Counted from the stretch's first letter, positions 28,737 through 39,460 are shown. The stretch is DNA of 44,205 bases from Gammaproteobacteria bacterium (GCA_030066245.1 JASJBY010000032.1:1-44205), one strand, 5' to 3'. Notes: generated by a model from the sequence alone, not told the origin. Made by a program: numbers and translations.

Positions 28737-29367
28737 TATTCACCTCGCGAATAAAGGCGGCGACCTTGTCCGGGTCTTTCACTCCCTTCGATGCCTCGAC
28801 ACCGCCGCTCACATCCACGGCATATGGCCGCACCTGTCGGATAGCGTCTCCGACGTTCTGCGCGGTCAGGCCGCCCGCCAGCACGATACGCTTTTCGACC
28901 TCGTCCGGTATCGTAGACCAATCGAAACAGGCGCCTGTTCCTCCCGGCACCCCGTCCTGGTAGGTATCCAGGAGCAATGCCCGGGCCGAAGCATACTCGC
29001 GAACGCTGTCGGTGATACTTACGTTCTTATGCATGCGGATAGCCTTGATATAGGGTCGGCCGAAGCGCAGGCAGTCCGCGGCAGGTTCGCTGCCGTGGAA
29101 CTGCAGCAGATCCGTCGGCACCGACCGCAGAACCGCCTCCACGTCCTCGGGTGCAGGATTCACGAACAACGCCACGATCGTGACGAAAGGTGGCATGACG
29201 CCGACGATGCTCCGTGCCTGACCGATAGCCACGGCACGAGGGCTCGGCGGATAGAAAACGAGCCCAATGGCGTCCGCACCCAGCTCTGCCGCTGCAAGTG
29301 CGTCGTCTACGCGCGTGATTCCGCAGATCTTGACGCGTGTTCGACGCGCTAACCCTAAATTCTCCAC
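28720..29367 (-). CDS. trpF: Phosphoribosylanthranilate isomerase
   Basis: [27 protein letters not shown]... matches TrpF. The 3' end overlaps the trpB start by 17 nt. Confidence 0.88.
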   Translation of the reverse strand: MENLGLARRTRVKICGITRVDDALAAAELGADAIGLVFYPPSPRAVAIGQARSIVGVMPPFVTIVALFVNPAPEDVEAVLRSVPTDLLQFHGSEPAADCLRFGRPYIKAIRMHKNVSITDSVREYASARALLLDTYQDGVPGGTGACFDWSTIPDEVEKRIVLAGGLTAQNVGDAIRQVRPYAVDVSGGVEASKGVKDPDKVAAFIREVNSVAES

Positions 29368-29455
29368 ACGATGAAGAACATCTGACAGGCCATCGAGAGC
29401 CCCAGCCAGGATGACACCCTACGGGCCACCCGGTGGAGCCGGGAGCCCCGGAACG

Positions 29456-30235
29456 TTACCAGATTAGCTCGGGCGGCGAAACCCTCGGCAGCCCCAGGTC
29501 GCCGGGGTACTCGACGCCCATGAAATACAGGCCTTCCGGCGGTGCGGTAATGCCGCCCTGAGTGCGATCCCTTGCACGGAGCACCTCCTGCGTCCAGGTT
29601 ACGCCGCGCTTGCCTATACCGATCTCCATGAGCACACCCGCGATGTTGCGCACCATGTGGTGCAGAAAAGCGTTCGCAATCACATCGATGTACACCATGG
29701 CCCCCGTGCGGATGACCTCCAGACGATGGACTCGGCGCAGCGGGCTCTTCGCCTGACACGCCACGGCACGATAGGACGAGAAGTCGTGCTCACCGAGCAA
29801 GTAGCCGGCAGCCGCTTGCATGCGCTCCACATCCAGGGATCGACACTCCCAGCAGACCCGAGAGGCCAAGATGGCCGGACGAACCGGACGATTGAGTATC
29901 ACATATCGGTAGTGCCGACTTCGCGCGGAGAAGCGAGCATGAAAATCCTCGGGCACGGGTCTGGCCCAGGTAATGCTGACGTCTCCGGGTAGATTGGCGT
30001 TGGCTCCGAATACCCAGGCCCGCATCTCCCTGGCGACCGTGCACTGCATATGCACCACCTGACCCCAGGCGTGAACGCGGGCATCTGTGCGCCCCGCACA
30101 AACCACCTGCACACGCTGCCCCGCAACCGTGGACAGCGCGTCGGAGACAGCCTGCTGCACCGTGCGGACATCGCGCTGCGTTTCCCAGCCATGGAAGCAG
30201 CTCCCGTCGTATTCGACGCCGAGTGCAACTTTCAT
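29456..30235 (-). CDS. truA: tRNA pseudouridine(38-40) synthase
   Basis: MKVALGVEYDGSCFHGWETQ...VCAGRTDARVHA contains the catalytic Asp motif. Confidence 0.92.
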   Translation of the reverse strand: MKVALGVEYDGSCFHGWETQRDVRTVQQAVSDALSTVAGQRVQVVCAGRTDARVHAWGQVVHMQCTVAREMRAWVFGANANLPGDVSITWARPVPEDFHARFSARSRHYRYVILNRPVRPAILASRVCWECRSLDVERMQAAAGYLLGEHDFSSYRAVACQAKSPLRRVHRLEVIRTGAMVYIDVIANAFLHHMVRNIAGVLMEIGIGKRGVTWTQEVLRARDRTQGGITAPPEGLYFMGVEYPGDLGLPRVSPPELIW

Positions 30236-30343
30236 GGTGCTGGTTTAGCGCGCATTTCTCATCGGGATTCGGATCCTTGGGTTACTCTGGCAAAGCAGCT
30301 CGGTCGATCGCCCGCGGAGGCAAAGCGGGACTATGGGTGAGGC

Positions 30344-30370
30344 GGAAAGTGAAAAGGGCCCCGTGGCCCT
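30344..30370 (-). terminator. Intrinsic terminator in the fimV-truA spacer
   Basis: The minus strand reads AAGGGCC-ACGG-GGCCCTT followed by TTCACTTTC. The 7-bp stem is perfect. Confidence 0.55.
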
Positions 30371-30590
30371 TTATCCCGCCACACGGACTGCCCGAGGATG
30401 GGCAAGCCGGGCCCATCAAGCGGAGCAGAGAAGCGAAGCATCGATGGAAGGGGATCGGCCAAGCTGCGAAACTCGTGGCAGCATGGGAACGGTCAGCGCA
30501 GCGCGCAACGGAAAAGGGTAAGCACGGTAGTGTAGAGTCACGCGAATGCGTCTAATGATGGGTGGCAAAGCTTTCGGAGGGTCCAAAAAC
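30344..30590 (-). ncRNA. Candidate ~250-nt small RNA or structured leader between fimV and truA
   Basis: It is bounded upstream by a TAGAAT -10-like hexamer (rc of 30597-30602) and downstream by the terminator above. Internal perfect hairpins include GATGGGC-N7-GCCCATC and UUUGGA-CCC-UCCGAA. No credible ORF is present. Confidence 0.25.
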
Positions 30591-30836
30591 CAGCTTAATT
30601 CTACGCCAGACCAGTAGACACGCGCGTGGGCGCGCGCCGGCCTGCGCTGCCGCAGAAAAGATGCCCGAGCAAGCATGCCATGAACAACGGGGAAACGGGG
30701 CGCATCAAGTGACGTCAGCGACGGAAGCATGCCTTGGTGGCGGAGAGCACGCACAGCCTCCCAATCCAGCCTGCGTCCACCTGCATTCCCAGGCCCGCAC
30801 ACCAGGCGGGGGCCAAACACCCGTTCGCGCAGGACT

Positions 30837-33800
30837 TCAGCCCAGCTTGGTAAGCAGTGTCTGCGCCTCTGACCGCTGCTGGTCGCTGCCTTCCGTGAGC
30901 ACCTCGTTCAGGATATTCCGGGCACCGTCGGAGTCACCCATGTCCACATAGGCCTGGGCCAGATCGAGCTTGGTGCCAACCTCGTCGATCTCGCCCACCA
31001 TGTCACCTTCCATACCGAACAGTGACTCTTCGTCACCGTCTCCGGCAACTTCCAGGTTCAGATCGAGCCCGGCGGACTCGACGGCTGACATGTCCGGTCG
31101 CAGCTCGATGGCCTCAGCCTGGTCCGAGTCCGAGCCAGCCTCGGCAACCGCATCAAGGTCTAGAGACAGCTCCAGCTCTTGTGATGCTTCGGATGCGTCC
31201 ACGTCGAACAAGGCTTCCTCGGCGGTCGCCTCGCCGGCAAATGCATCGAAGTCGACCTGTTCCTCTCCCTGACGCTTTTCGGCTGACTCGGATGCCACCG
31301 CCAGGTCCAGGGACTCGCCAAGCAGGTCATCGCTCTCGCTGCTCCCTTCGACTACCGACGCATCCGGACCGATCTCGAAGTCAAGCGGCCCTGTGCGTTC
31401 GTCTTCCCCCTCGGCCTCAAGGGCCTGATCTTGCGCGCCCAGTTCCAGATCCAGCCCAGCGCTGTCGTCAGCGGGCTTCGCCTCAGCTTCGATGCCCCCG
31501 GCATCGTCCAGTCCCAGATCCAGATCAAGCCCTGCTGCCGGTTCCTCCTCAGCCCCGGCGTCCTGCCCGGTACCGAGCTCAAAGTCCAGGGGCCCGGTCT
31601 CGTCGAAGCGGGGAGCCTCCTCACTGCCCGCCAGATCGAAGTCGAGCGCTTCCGGCGCTGCACTGGCCTCTTCCACTTTCGCCTCGGTGGCGGCCTCGTC
31701 AGCGCCGAAGTCCAGGTCGAAGTCCACCACATTATCGTCCTGTGCCGCCGCGGCCGGCTCTTCCACCTCGCCCGCTTTCGGTTCAGCCGACAATTCGAAG
31801 TCCACCGCATCGCCCAAATCGAGGGGTTGCGACTCTTCCTCGGTGGCGAAGCTCTCAGGCATCGCCTCGTCGGTGCTACCGGTATCGAAACCGAGGTCGA
31901 AGTCCACCTCCGGCTCCTCTGTGCTCTCCGCCTGCTCCCGCGCCTGATCGAAGTCTACTTTCTCGCCCGCCCGTAGAGCAGCGACGGTCGACTCGAAGCC
32001 GTCGTCGTCGGCCACCGGTTCCGGCTCGGCGGGCGCCTCTTGGTCCTCGAACAGATTGCGTTCGGGATTCAGCTCCTGCCACCATCCGGCCGCCTTCTCC
32101 ATCAGAGGGCTGTCCTCGCCTACCGCATCCCGCAAGAACACGGCATCTCTCTCGAAGGCTTCCGCATCCTTTGCGGCGTAATGGACTTCAAGCAGCTTGA
32201 GCTTGTACTCGCTGCGGTCGGGATACTCGTCTATTGCCGCGCGCACCAGTTCCCCAGCCTGGTCGAAACGCTCGTACGCCAGATAGACGTTGACTTCTGC
32301 CAATGGATCCTCTTCCTTTACCGTCACCTCCGGAGCCAGACTCTGCCCAGCAACCAACGTTCTCTGGTTTTCTGGAACGGCCTCGTCGGGTTCCGTTATA
32401 GGCTCTTCCATCAGCTCGGTAGTCTCGGTCTCTTCCTCGGGAGCCCCATCGGCGAGATCCTCGTCGAACAGGAAAGCATCTTCCGCTGCCGCTTCCTGCT
32501 CGGAGCCGCTGCGGCGGCGTTTCAGCAGGAAGGCCACGAGCAGACCGACCAGCAGAACCGCGCCGAGACCGCCAGCCAGGAGCATGGGGTCCACGGGCAG
32601 CGAGCTGAGAATGGAGTCGAGGAAGGACTCCGAAGGTACCACCGGCGGAGGAGGCAGGATGGGTGTCGGGCGAGCCTGGGGCTCCTCAGCCTGCAAGACT
32701 TCCGCTGGCGGCGCTTCGGTTATTGGTAAGACGTCCGCTTGCGGCATTTCCGCAGTTTCCGTGGGACCTGCCTCGGGCATAGCCCCCACCGGGTCGGTTT
32801 CCATCGTCTCGGTCGAACCAATGCCCGCGGTGTCTTCCATTACCTCAGGACCGGGCAAAGCAGTCGTGCTCTCGTCAAACACCTCCTCCATCATGGTCTC
32901 GGCCGGCATGGGCTCAGCTACCGGAGCAACTTCCTCGCCCGCGCTCTCCATTTCCGCCAACCTCGCCTGCAGGCCTGCAAGGGTGTCGTCCTTGAGCTGT
33001 ATCAGCCGTTGAAGGTCACCGATCAATTCCTCAGTCTCCTGAAGCCGGGAGCTGAGCTCTTCGTTCTCCAGGCGCTTGGAGTCGAGATCCTCCATAACCA
33101 CCGCGAGTTCCTGGCGCAGGGCAGCACTTTCGGCCTCGCCCCCGGCAACGCCTCCCAATCCGGCTTCGCCAGCGCCGGCACTCAACAGCTGGAGCCGGGC
33201 CTCTTCCTCAACCGCCGGCGGCGGCTCGGTGGTGACAACCTCCGCCACATCGCCGAGCGGCGCCGGAGCCGCGCGCTCCGCGACCTGCTGGCGATACTCG
33301 TCCCAGGCGGCGTGCTGGACCTTTACCTGCGCCAATGCCGCGGACTCGCTGATCGTCTGGATCTCGTTCAGCTTCGGCACACGAAGCACATGGCCAGTTT
33401 TGAGGGTGTTGACATTCTCGGTCTCGAACGCATCAGGATTCGCGTTGAGCAGCGCCAGCATCATCTGGTTGGCAGAAACGGACTCCGGGCGAACCCGGTT
33501 CGCAATAGACCAGAGCGTGTCACCCGTCTCAGTGGGGCCAAAGCTATACGGTCCGACCTGCCGTCCGGGAACGCTCGGCTGGACCGGAGCCCTGGTGACT
33601 GCTGGCTCGGCAGGAGCGGGCGCCGGCTCGGAGGGGGACATGTAGGCCGGCTCCGCCGTAAGCGGCTCCTCGGCAAGCGTCTCGGCCGCCGGCTCGGCAA
33701 CCATCGGCTCCTCCGCAACGGGCGCTTCAGGAATCTCCGCCGGCAGGCGGGGCGCGGCCGCGGGCGGCGCTTCCGGCGTGACTGCCACCGCCGGTTCGGA

Positions 33801-34376
33801 TGTAAGAGCGGGAGCCTCAGCGACTTCGGCAAGCGCCGGTGCCGGTTCAGCCGGAGGCGCCTCGGGGGCCTCCATGACTGGCTCGGGTGACTCCAGGGTG
33901 GTCGGCGCTACGGGCGCCGGCTCCGGCTGCTCGGGCGTTTCTACGGCGGGTTTCGCTACGCGCGCCGAGGCGACGGCGGAGTAAACCGGCGGGTCGAGCA
34001 GAACCGTGTACTCTCGCAGCAGCTTTCCCTTTGGCCAGTTGAGCTCCAGCAAGAAGTTAAGGAAAGGCTCACGGACGGGCTGCCGCGTCGTTATCTTAAT
34101 GCGCGCCTTGCCGTCAGGGTCCTTCTGAATGGCAAATCGCAGCTTGGAAAACCAGAAAGGCCTGTCCAGGCCCGCTCGTGCAAAATCGGCACTCTTGGCC
34201 AGTGCCACCTTGATGTCTTCGAGCTGCTCCCGGCCCACCGAGAGCAGTTCGATTTCGGCGTCCAGCGGCTCGTTCAGGGCCGAGTGCAGTTCAATTTCCC
34301 CTAGACCGAGCGCCGCGGCGCCCGTGGGAAGGGCAATGACGAGAACGGCCGCCGCATAGGCCACGATTCGTTTCAT
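30837..34376 (-). CDS. fimV: FimV/HubP-family polar scaffold protein (LysM, TM segment, acidic repeats, FimV C-terminal motif)
   Basis: Trimmed to MKRIVAYAAAVLVIALPTGAAALGLGEIELHSALNEPLDAEIELLS (ATG at 34376). It has a LysM-like segment (GDTLWSIANRV...LKTGHVLRVP), a TM segment (LLAGGLGAVLLVGLLVAFLLKRRR), an extremely acidic region with DFDL/DFEL repeats, and a C-terminal LDLAQAYVDMGDSDGARNILNEVL. Confidence 0.9.
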   Translation of the reverse strand: MKRIVAYAAAVLVIALPTGAAALGLGEIELHSALNEPLDAEIELLSVGREQLEDIKVALAKSADFARAGLDRPFWFSKLRFAIQKDPDGKARIKITTRQPVREPFLNFLLELNWPKGKLLREYTVLLDPPVYSAVASARVAKPAVETPEQPEPAPVAPTTLESPEPVMEAPEAPPAEPAPALAEVAEAPALTSEPAVAVTPEAPPAAAPRLPAEIPEAPVAEEPMVAEPAAETLAEEPLTAEPAYMSPSEPAPAPAEPAVTRAPVQPSVPGRQVGPYSFGPTETGDTLWSIANRVRPESVSANQMMLALLNANPDAFETENVNTLKTGHVLRVPKLNEIQTISESAALAQVKVQHAAWDEYRQQVAERAAPAPLGDVAEVVTTEPPPAVEEEARLQLLSAGAGEAGLGGVAGGEAESAALRQELAVVMEDLDSKRLENEELSSRLQETEELIGDLQRLIQLKDDTLAGLQARLAEMESAGEEVAPVAEPMPAETMMEEVFDESTTALPGPEVMEDTAGIGSTETMETDPVGAMPEAGPTETAEMPQADVLPITEAPPAEVLQAEEPQARPTPILPPPPVVPSESFLDSILSSLPVDPMLLAGGLGAVLLVGLLVAFLLKRRRSGSEQEAAAEDAFLFDEDLADGAPEEETETTELMEEPITEPDEAVPENQRTLVAGQSLAPEVTVKEEDPLAEVNVYLAYERFDQAGELVRAAIDEYPDRSEYKLKLLEVHYAAKDAEAFERDAVFLRDAVGEDSPLMEKAAGWWQELNPERNLFEDQEAPAEPEPVADDDGFESTVAALRAGEKVDFDQAREQAESTEEPEVDFDLGFDTGSTDEAMPESFATEEESQPLDLGDAVDFELSAEPKAGEVEEPAAAAQDDNVVDFDLDFGADEAATEAKVEEASAAPEALDFDLAGSEEAPRFDETGPLDFELGTGQDAGAEEEPAAGLDLDLGLDDAGGIEAEAKPADDSAGLDLELGAQDQALEAEGEDERTGPLDFEIGPDASVVEGSSESDDLLGESLDLAVASESAEKRQGEEQVDFDAFAGEATAEEALFDVDASEASQELELSLDLDAVAEAGSDSDQAEAIELRPDMSAVESAGLDLNLEVAGDGDEESLFGMEGDMVGEIDEVGTKLDLAQAYVDMGDSDGARNILNEVLTEGSDQQRSEAQTLLTKLG

Positions 34377-34512
34377 CACTAAATCCTTTAAATGCGATCC
34401 TTTGCAGGGACCGACAGACCTGTCTCCTACGACGCTCATCACGAGCACGCCCCTCCCATCTTCAAGCCGACAAAGCTCCCAATATCCTTTACAAATATTC
34501 GGCAACTATAGC

Positions 34513-35535
34513 TTACAGATAGTCTTTTACCAAAATATCAGCAATCTGAACGCTGTTCAGTGCTGCTCCTTTGCGCACGTTGTCGGATACGATCCACATG
34601 TCCAGGCCGCGCTCGTGGGAAATGTCTTCACGGATGCGCCCCACGAACACGGGATCCGTGCCGGCGGACTCGGTGACCGCGGTTGGATAACCTCCGGGCG
34701 CCCGTTCGTCCATGACCACCACGCCGGGGGCATCCTCCAGCAGTCGCCTGGCGTCATCGGCCGAAAGCTTCTCCCGAGTCTCGATGTGCACGGCCTCGGA
34801 ATGGCCGAAGAAGACCGGCACACGCGCAGTCGTCGGATTAACGCGTATGCTCTCGTCCCCCATAATCTTGCGGGTTTCCCACACCATCTTCATTTCTTCC
34901 TTGGTGTAGCCATTGTCGAGAAACACGTCGATCTCGGGAAGCACGTTAAATGCGATTTGCTTCGGATAAACATGGGGTTCGATGGGCTTGGCGTTGAGCA
35001 GGGCGGCAGTCTGCCCGGCAAGCTCCTCGATAGCCTCTTTTCCGGTCCCGGATACAGCCTGGTAGGTACACACGTTGATGCGTTCAATGCCGGCGGCAGC
35101 ATGGATAGGGTTTAACGCGACCACCATCTGGATGGTTGAGCAGTTCGGGTTTGCGATGATGCCACGATTCTCGTGCTCGGCTATTTTCTCCGGGTTGACC
35201 TCGGGCACCACCAGTGGAATGTCGTCGTCGTAGCGGAACTGGGAAGTGTTGTCGATGACGATGCATCCTGCCTCAGCCGCCCGCGGTGCATGCACCTTGG
35301 AAACGCCGGCGCCGGCGGAAAACAGCCCGATCTGAGCCTTTGAAAAATCGAATTCCTCCAGGTTTTCTACCCGTATGTGCTTGCCTCTGAACTCGATGCG
35401 TTTACCCGCCGAGCGACTGCTCGCCAGGGGATAGAGTTGACCGACCGGAAATTCACGCTCGGCTAGGATAGAAAGCATCGCCTCACCCACCGCACCGGTG
35501 GCACCGACTACTGCAACATGGAACTCACGACTCAT
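34513..35535 (-). CDS. asd: Aspartate-semialdehyde dehydrogenase
   Basis: VAVVGATGAVGEAMLSIL, IIANPNCSTIQM (active-site Cys) and the 340-aa length fit Asd. Confidence 0.92.
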   Translation of the reverse strand: MSREFHVAVVGATGAVGEAMLSILAEREFPVGQLYPLASSRSAGKRIEFRGKHIRVENLEEFDFSKAQIGLFSAGAGVSKVHAPRAAEAGCIVIDNTSQFRYDDDIPLVVPEVNPEKIAEHENRGIIANPNCSTIQMVVALNPIHAAAGIERINVCTYQAVSGTGKEAIEELAGQTAALLNAKPIEPHVYPKQIAFNVLPEIDVFLDNGYTKEEMKMVWETRKIMGDESIRVNPTTARVPVFFGHSEAVHIETREKLSADDARRLLEDAPGVVVMDERAPGGYPTAVTESAGTDPVFVGRIREDISHERGLDMWIVSDNVRKGAALNSVQIADILVKDYL

Positions 35536-35757
35536 CTGACCCTTCCTAGCGACCTCGGCGGGTCGTCACCTTAATCGGACAATCCGGATCGAACTTTAAC
35601 CGGCGCGGCAAACGGACCGGCCTAGAGGCCGCCGATTTCGCGGTGCCGGGGACGGAGCCTGACGGGGTGGAGGCGGCGTTTCGGCCGACGCCGGTAAGGC
35701 CGGCAAGCTCAACATCAGGGGGCGAAGGGGTGTGGCCCCGTAAGCAATCAGACTCGC

Positions 35758-36831
35758 TCACAAGGCGGCGGCGACGGCGTCGCCCATCTCCGCTGTCCCC
35801 ACCTTTTGTGTTCCAGGCGACACAATATCCGCCGTGCGCAGGCCCTGCTCCAGCACCGCGCCCACGGCGGACTCGATTCTATCCGCCAGAGCCGGTGCCC
35901 CGAGGCTGTGGCGAAGCATCATTGCCAGCGAGAGTATGGTTGCCAGCGGATTCGCGACACCCTGGCCGGCGATATCGGGTGCCGAACCGTGGATGGGTTC
36001 GTACAGCCCCTGGCCTCGGGTGTTGAGGGAAGCGGACGGCAGCATGCCGATGGAGCCGGTCAGCATGGCGGCCTGGTCGGAGAGGATGTCGCCGAACATG
36101 TTGGTAGTGACGAGCACGTCAAACTGCTTGGGATCCTTGACCAGCTGCATGGCGGCGTTATCAACGTACATGTGCGACAGTTCCACATCCGGGAACTCCT
36201 GCCCGACCCGGGTCACGACTTCACGCCAGAAGGCCGTGGCCTCCAGTACGTTGGCCTTGTCCACGGAGCAGACACGCCGCCGACGTCCGCGAGCCGCCTG
36301 CATGGCGACCCGTGCGATGCGCTCGATTTCACTCTCTCCGTAAACCAGCGTGTTGAAAGCTTCCCGTTCCCCATCGTCCCGGGTGCGCATGCCACGGGGC
36401 TCACCGAAGTAGATCCCGCCGGTAAGCTCCCGCACGATGAGAATGTCCAGGCCGTTGACCACCGGGGATTTCAGGGTCGACGCATCGGCCAGCTGAGGAT
36501 AGAGGATCGCAGGGCGCAGATTCGCAAACAGACCGAGGCCGGCGCGTAGTCCCAGCAGTCCCTTCTCGGGTCGCCGCGCGGTTTCGACGTCATCCCAGCG
36601 TGGACCGCCGACGGCGCCCAGCAGAATGGCATCGGCGGCGCGTGCACGCTCCAGGGTTTCTTCTGGGAGAGGCCCACCCGCCGCATCGATGGCGGCTCCG
36701 CCGATCAGGGCCTCGTCCACGACCGGCTCAGGCCAATCCGGGCCAGTCAACGCGCCCAGAACCTTCACCGCCTCGGCAACGATCTCCGGACCGATGCCAT
36801 CGCCGGGCAATACCAGTATCTTCTTGGCCAT
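35758..36831 (-). CDS. leuB: 3-isopropylmalate dehydrogenase
   Basis: Trimmed to [18 protein letters not shown] (ATG at 36831). [11 protein letters not shown] and NMFGDILSD are also present. Confidence 0.95.
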   Translation of the reverse strand: MAKKILVLPGDGIGPEIVAEAVKVLGALTGPDWPEPVVDEALIGGAAIDAAGGPLPEETLERARAADAILLGAVGGPRWDDVETARRPEKGLLGLRAGLGLFANLRPAILYPQLADASTLKSPVVNGLDILIVRELTGGIYFGEPRGMRTRDDGEREAFNTLVYGESEIERIARVAMQAARGRRRRVCSVDKANVLEATAFWREVVTRVGQEFPDVELSHMYVDNAAMQLVKDPKQFDVLVTTNMFGDILSDQAAMLTGSIGMLPSASLNTRGQGLYEPIHGSAPDIAGQGVANPLATILSLAMMLRHSLGAPALADRIESAVGAVLEQGLRTADIVSPGTQKVGTAEMGDAVAAAL

Positions 36832-36842
36832 GGCTTCGTTGC

Positions 36843-37487
36843 TCAGAGTTCCGTGAACAACCACGGGGCCTGGGCCCGGCGTCGTTCCTCGTAGGCCCTT
36901 ATCTCTTCCTCATGCTGCAGGGTCAGTCCTATCTCGTCCAGCCCGTTCACAAGACAATGCTTGCGGAAAGCGTCTACGTCAAACGGCAGCGTCTCGCCGC
37001 TTGGCGTCGTCACGCTCTGTGCGGGCAAATCCACCGCCAGGCTATATCCGGGGCCGACTGCTGCTTCCTGGAACAGCCGGTCCACCGCCTGGTCTTCGAG
37101 CACAATGGGCAGCAGACCATTCTTGAAACAGTTGTTATAGAATATGTCGGCGAAGCTCGGGGCGATGATGACGCGGATGCCGTAGTCCAACAACGCCCAC
37201 GGGGCGTGTTCACGGCTCGAACCACAACCGAAGTTGGCGCGCGCCAGCAGCATGCTTGCGCCGCGATAACGCTGCTGGTTGAGGACGAAATCCGGGTTGA
37301 GCGGTCGACCGGTGCAGTCCTGACCCGGCTCACCATGATCCAGGTAGCGCCACTCGTCGAAAAGGTAGGGTCCGAACCCGCTGCGCTTGATCGATTTGAG
37401 AAACTGCTTGGGAATAATGGCGTCGGTGTCTACGTTGGCTCGGTCCAGCGGCACAACCAAGCCCGTCAGCTGGGTAAACGGCTGCAT
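36843..37487 (-). CDS. leuD: 3-isopropylmalate dehydratase small subunit
   Basis: Trimmed to [33 protein letters not shown] (ATG at 37487). [11 protein letters not shown] is also present. Confidence 0.93.
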   Translation of the reverse strand: MQPFTQLTGLVVPLDRANVDTDAIIPKQFLKSIKRSGFGPYLFDEWRYLDHGEPGQDCTGRPLNPDFVLNQQRYRGASMLLARANFGCGSSREHAPWALLDYGIRVIIAPSFADIFYNNCFKNGLLPIVLEDQAVDRLFQEAAVGPGYSLAVDLPAQSVTTPSGETLPFDVDAFRKHCLVNGLDEIGLTLQHEEEIRAYEERRRAQAPWLFTEL

Positions 37488-37643
37488 GGGCGTCAGAGAC
37501 TCTTCGTCAAAGTGTCGGCGTGTCTTCAAAGACGAAGCAATATACCGCAATACGGCCGCCCATGACACACTGCGGCCCCTGGCTCCACCAGGCAGCGGCC
37601 TCTGCCATCCCCTGACGCGGCAGGCCAGCGCCCTGCGGCTGTA

Positions 37644-38711
37644 ATGCACCACCTCAATGCCGCGTCCCTGGATACCACGTGTCTGCTCGCAGACATCAGG
37701 CGGTGGGGTACCGAACTAGGATTCCAACGGCTCGGCATTACCGACACGAACCTGCCGAAAGACGAGGCGCGACTCGCCGCGTGGCTGGAACGGGGTTATC
37801 ACGGTGCCATGGGCTACATGGCCCGCCACGGTACGAAACGCTCCCGGCCGTCGGAACTGGTGCCGGGCACACTTCGCGTCATCTCGGCGCGGATGGATTA
37901 TCTGCCCCCTAACGCAAGGCCGCCCATGGACGTTCTTGGTCAAGACAGCCTCGGTTACCTGTCTCGCTACGCGCTGGGCCGGGATTATCATAAAGTGCTG
38001 CGCAAGCGCCTCAAGCTACTTGCGCAACGAATCACCCGGCAGATCGGAGAGTTCGGCTATCGGGTATTCGTGGACAGCGCACCGGTGCTGGAGAAAGCTC
38101 TGGCGCGCAACGCCGGTCTCGGCTGGATCGGAAAGCACACCAACCTACTCAGCCGCGAGGCCGGCTCCTGGTTTTTCATCGGTGAGATCTACACCGACCT
38201 GCCGTTGCCGGTGGACAAGGCCGAAAACGACCATTGCGGCAGCTGCCAGGCCTGCATCGAGATATGTCCCACGCGCGCCATCGTCGCACCTTACCAGCTC
38301 GACGCCAGACGCTGCATCTCGTATCTCACCATTGAGCTGCGGGGAACGATTCCCGTGGAACTCCGTCCGCAAATCGGAAATCGTGTTTTCGGCTGCGACG
38401 ACTGCCAGCTCGTCTGCCCATGGAACAGGTTTGCCTGCGCAACACCGGAAACCGACTTCCTCGCCCGTCACGGCCTGGATGCACCGCAGCTCGTCGAGCT
38501 GTTCAACTGGGACCAAGCCACGTTTCTGCGCAAGACCGAAGGCACGCCCATCCGTCGCATCGGCTATCACTGCTGGCTGCGCAACCTGGCGGTGGCCCTG
38601 GGCAATGCTTCCACATCGCCCAAAATCGTTGCGGCATTGGGTAATCGCGTCGACCACCCCTCCGCTCTGGTGAGAGAACACGTGCTATGGGCACGCAGCC
38701 GGCATACTTGA
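37644..38711 (+). CDS. queG: Epoxyqueuosine reductase
   Basis: [25 protein letters not shown], and the Fe-S motifs [16 protein letters not shown] and [11 protein letters not shown] are present. Confidence 0.9.
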   Translation: MHHLNAASLDTTCLLADIRRWGTELGFQRLGITDTNLPKDEARLAAWLERGYHGAMGYMARHGTKRSRPSELVPGTLRVISARMDYLPPNARPPMDVLGQDSLGYLSRYALGRDYHKVLRKRLKLLAQRITRQIGEFGYRVFVDSAPVLEKALARNAGLGWIGKHTNLLSREAGSWFFIGEIYTDLPLPVDKAENDHCGSCQACIEICPTRAIVAPYQLDARRCISYLTIELRGTIPVELRPQIGNRVFGCDDCQLVCPWNRFACATPETDFLARHGLDAPQLVELFNWDQATFLRKTEGTPIRRIGYHCWLRNLAVALGNASTSPKIVAALGNRVDHPSALVREHVLWARSRHT

Positions 38712-38760
38712 AACTTGCCAAGGCCTGCAGGACAACCAGACGTCCGTGAGTACGTGAACC

Positions 38761-39150
38761 ATGGCCAACATATATAGCATCGCACATGTCAGCCTTGTCG
38801 TGGCTGACGCTGAGAGATCGCTGGCTTTCTACCGGGACTTGCTTGGCCTTGAGGTGGATCCGTCACGCCCGGACCTGGGTTACCCGGGTGCATGGTTGAA
38901 GGTGGCTGAACAGGAGATTCACCTGCTGGAACTGCCGAATCCCGACCCGGTGACAGGCCGACCGAGCCACGGCGGGCGCGACCGGCATGTCGCTCTCCAC
39001 GTCCGCGCATTGGCAGCGCTGAAATCCAAGCTGTCCTCGGCGAACATCCCCTTCACCATGAGCCGCTCGGGCCGGCCCGCCCTTTTCTGCCGGGACCCCG
39101 ACGGCAACGCCTTGGAATTCATTGAGACGAATGACGGCGGCCCACGCTGA
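38761..39150 (+). CDS. VOC family protein (glyoxalase/bleomycin resistance/dioxygenase fold)
   Basis: IAHVSLVVADAERSLAFYRDLLGLEV...HVALHV...FCRDPDGNALEFIE matches the VOC fold. Confidence 0.8.
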   Translation: MANIYSIAHVSLVVADAERSLAFYRDLLGLEVDPSRPDLGYPGAWLKVAEQEIHLLELPNPDPVTGRPSHGGRDRHVALHVRALAALKSKLSSANIPFTMSRSGRPALFCRDPDGNALEFIETNDGGPR

Positions 39151-39430
39151 GCTCGCCGCCAAGCGGTACTGTGGCCATCCCCAAGGCGTCTGCCACCCGT
39201 CTGGCGCAGTCGCCTCCATTTGCCGAGCCGCGATTTGTAACGGCTCCACCGCGACCAAGCTTGCGTTTCTCCTATACAAGTGTTCCGAGATATTGGACAC
39301 TCGCCACCACGTAACCAGCGCGGGTCCGGTCGCGGCGTCGAATCCAATGAATCTCGACAAGCTCAGCGTGGCGATGCATTCCTGCAGCGCACGCCAGTTC
39401 AGGGCACAACTCGGTGGCGTGCCCACTCGG

Positions 39431-39460
39431 TTGAACGGCCGTTCACCGGACGGCCGTTTC
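39431..39460 (+). terminator. Perfect 9-bp hairpin AACGGCCGT-N7-ACGGCCGTT with a weak T-tract
   Basis: Read directly. It lies 280 nt downstream of the VOC gene stop and 155 nt upstream of dapC. Confidence 0.3.

Noticed and set aside
30236-30836. Idea that the fimV-truA spacer encodes an RsmY/RsmZ/CsrB-like GGA-rich RNA on the plus strand
   Set aside because: GGA motifs are only slightly more frequent than expected for this GC content. Few are in the A(N)GGA context. I found no GacA-type TGTAAG-N6-CTTACA upstream box, and the plus-strand terminator has a poor T-tract.
31022-32200. 392-aa plus-strand ORF, plus other ORFs inside 30970-33984
   Set aside because: They are antisense or out of frame relative to the fimV acidic repeat region. 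The products are extreme Pro/Arg/Ser low-complexity sequence.
38863-39426. 187-aa minus-strand ORF (GTG start)
   Set aside because: It would overlap the VOC gene by about 290 nt on the opposite strand. Its Trp content of about 7% is implausible, and I recognised no family.
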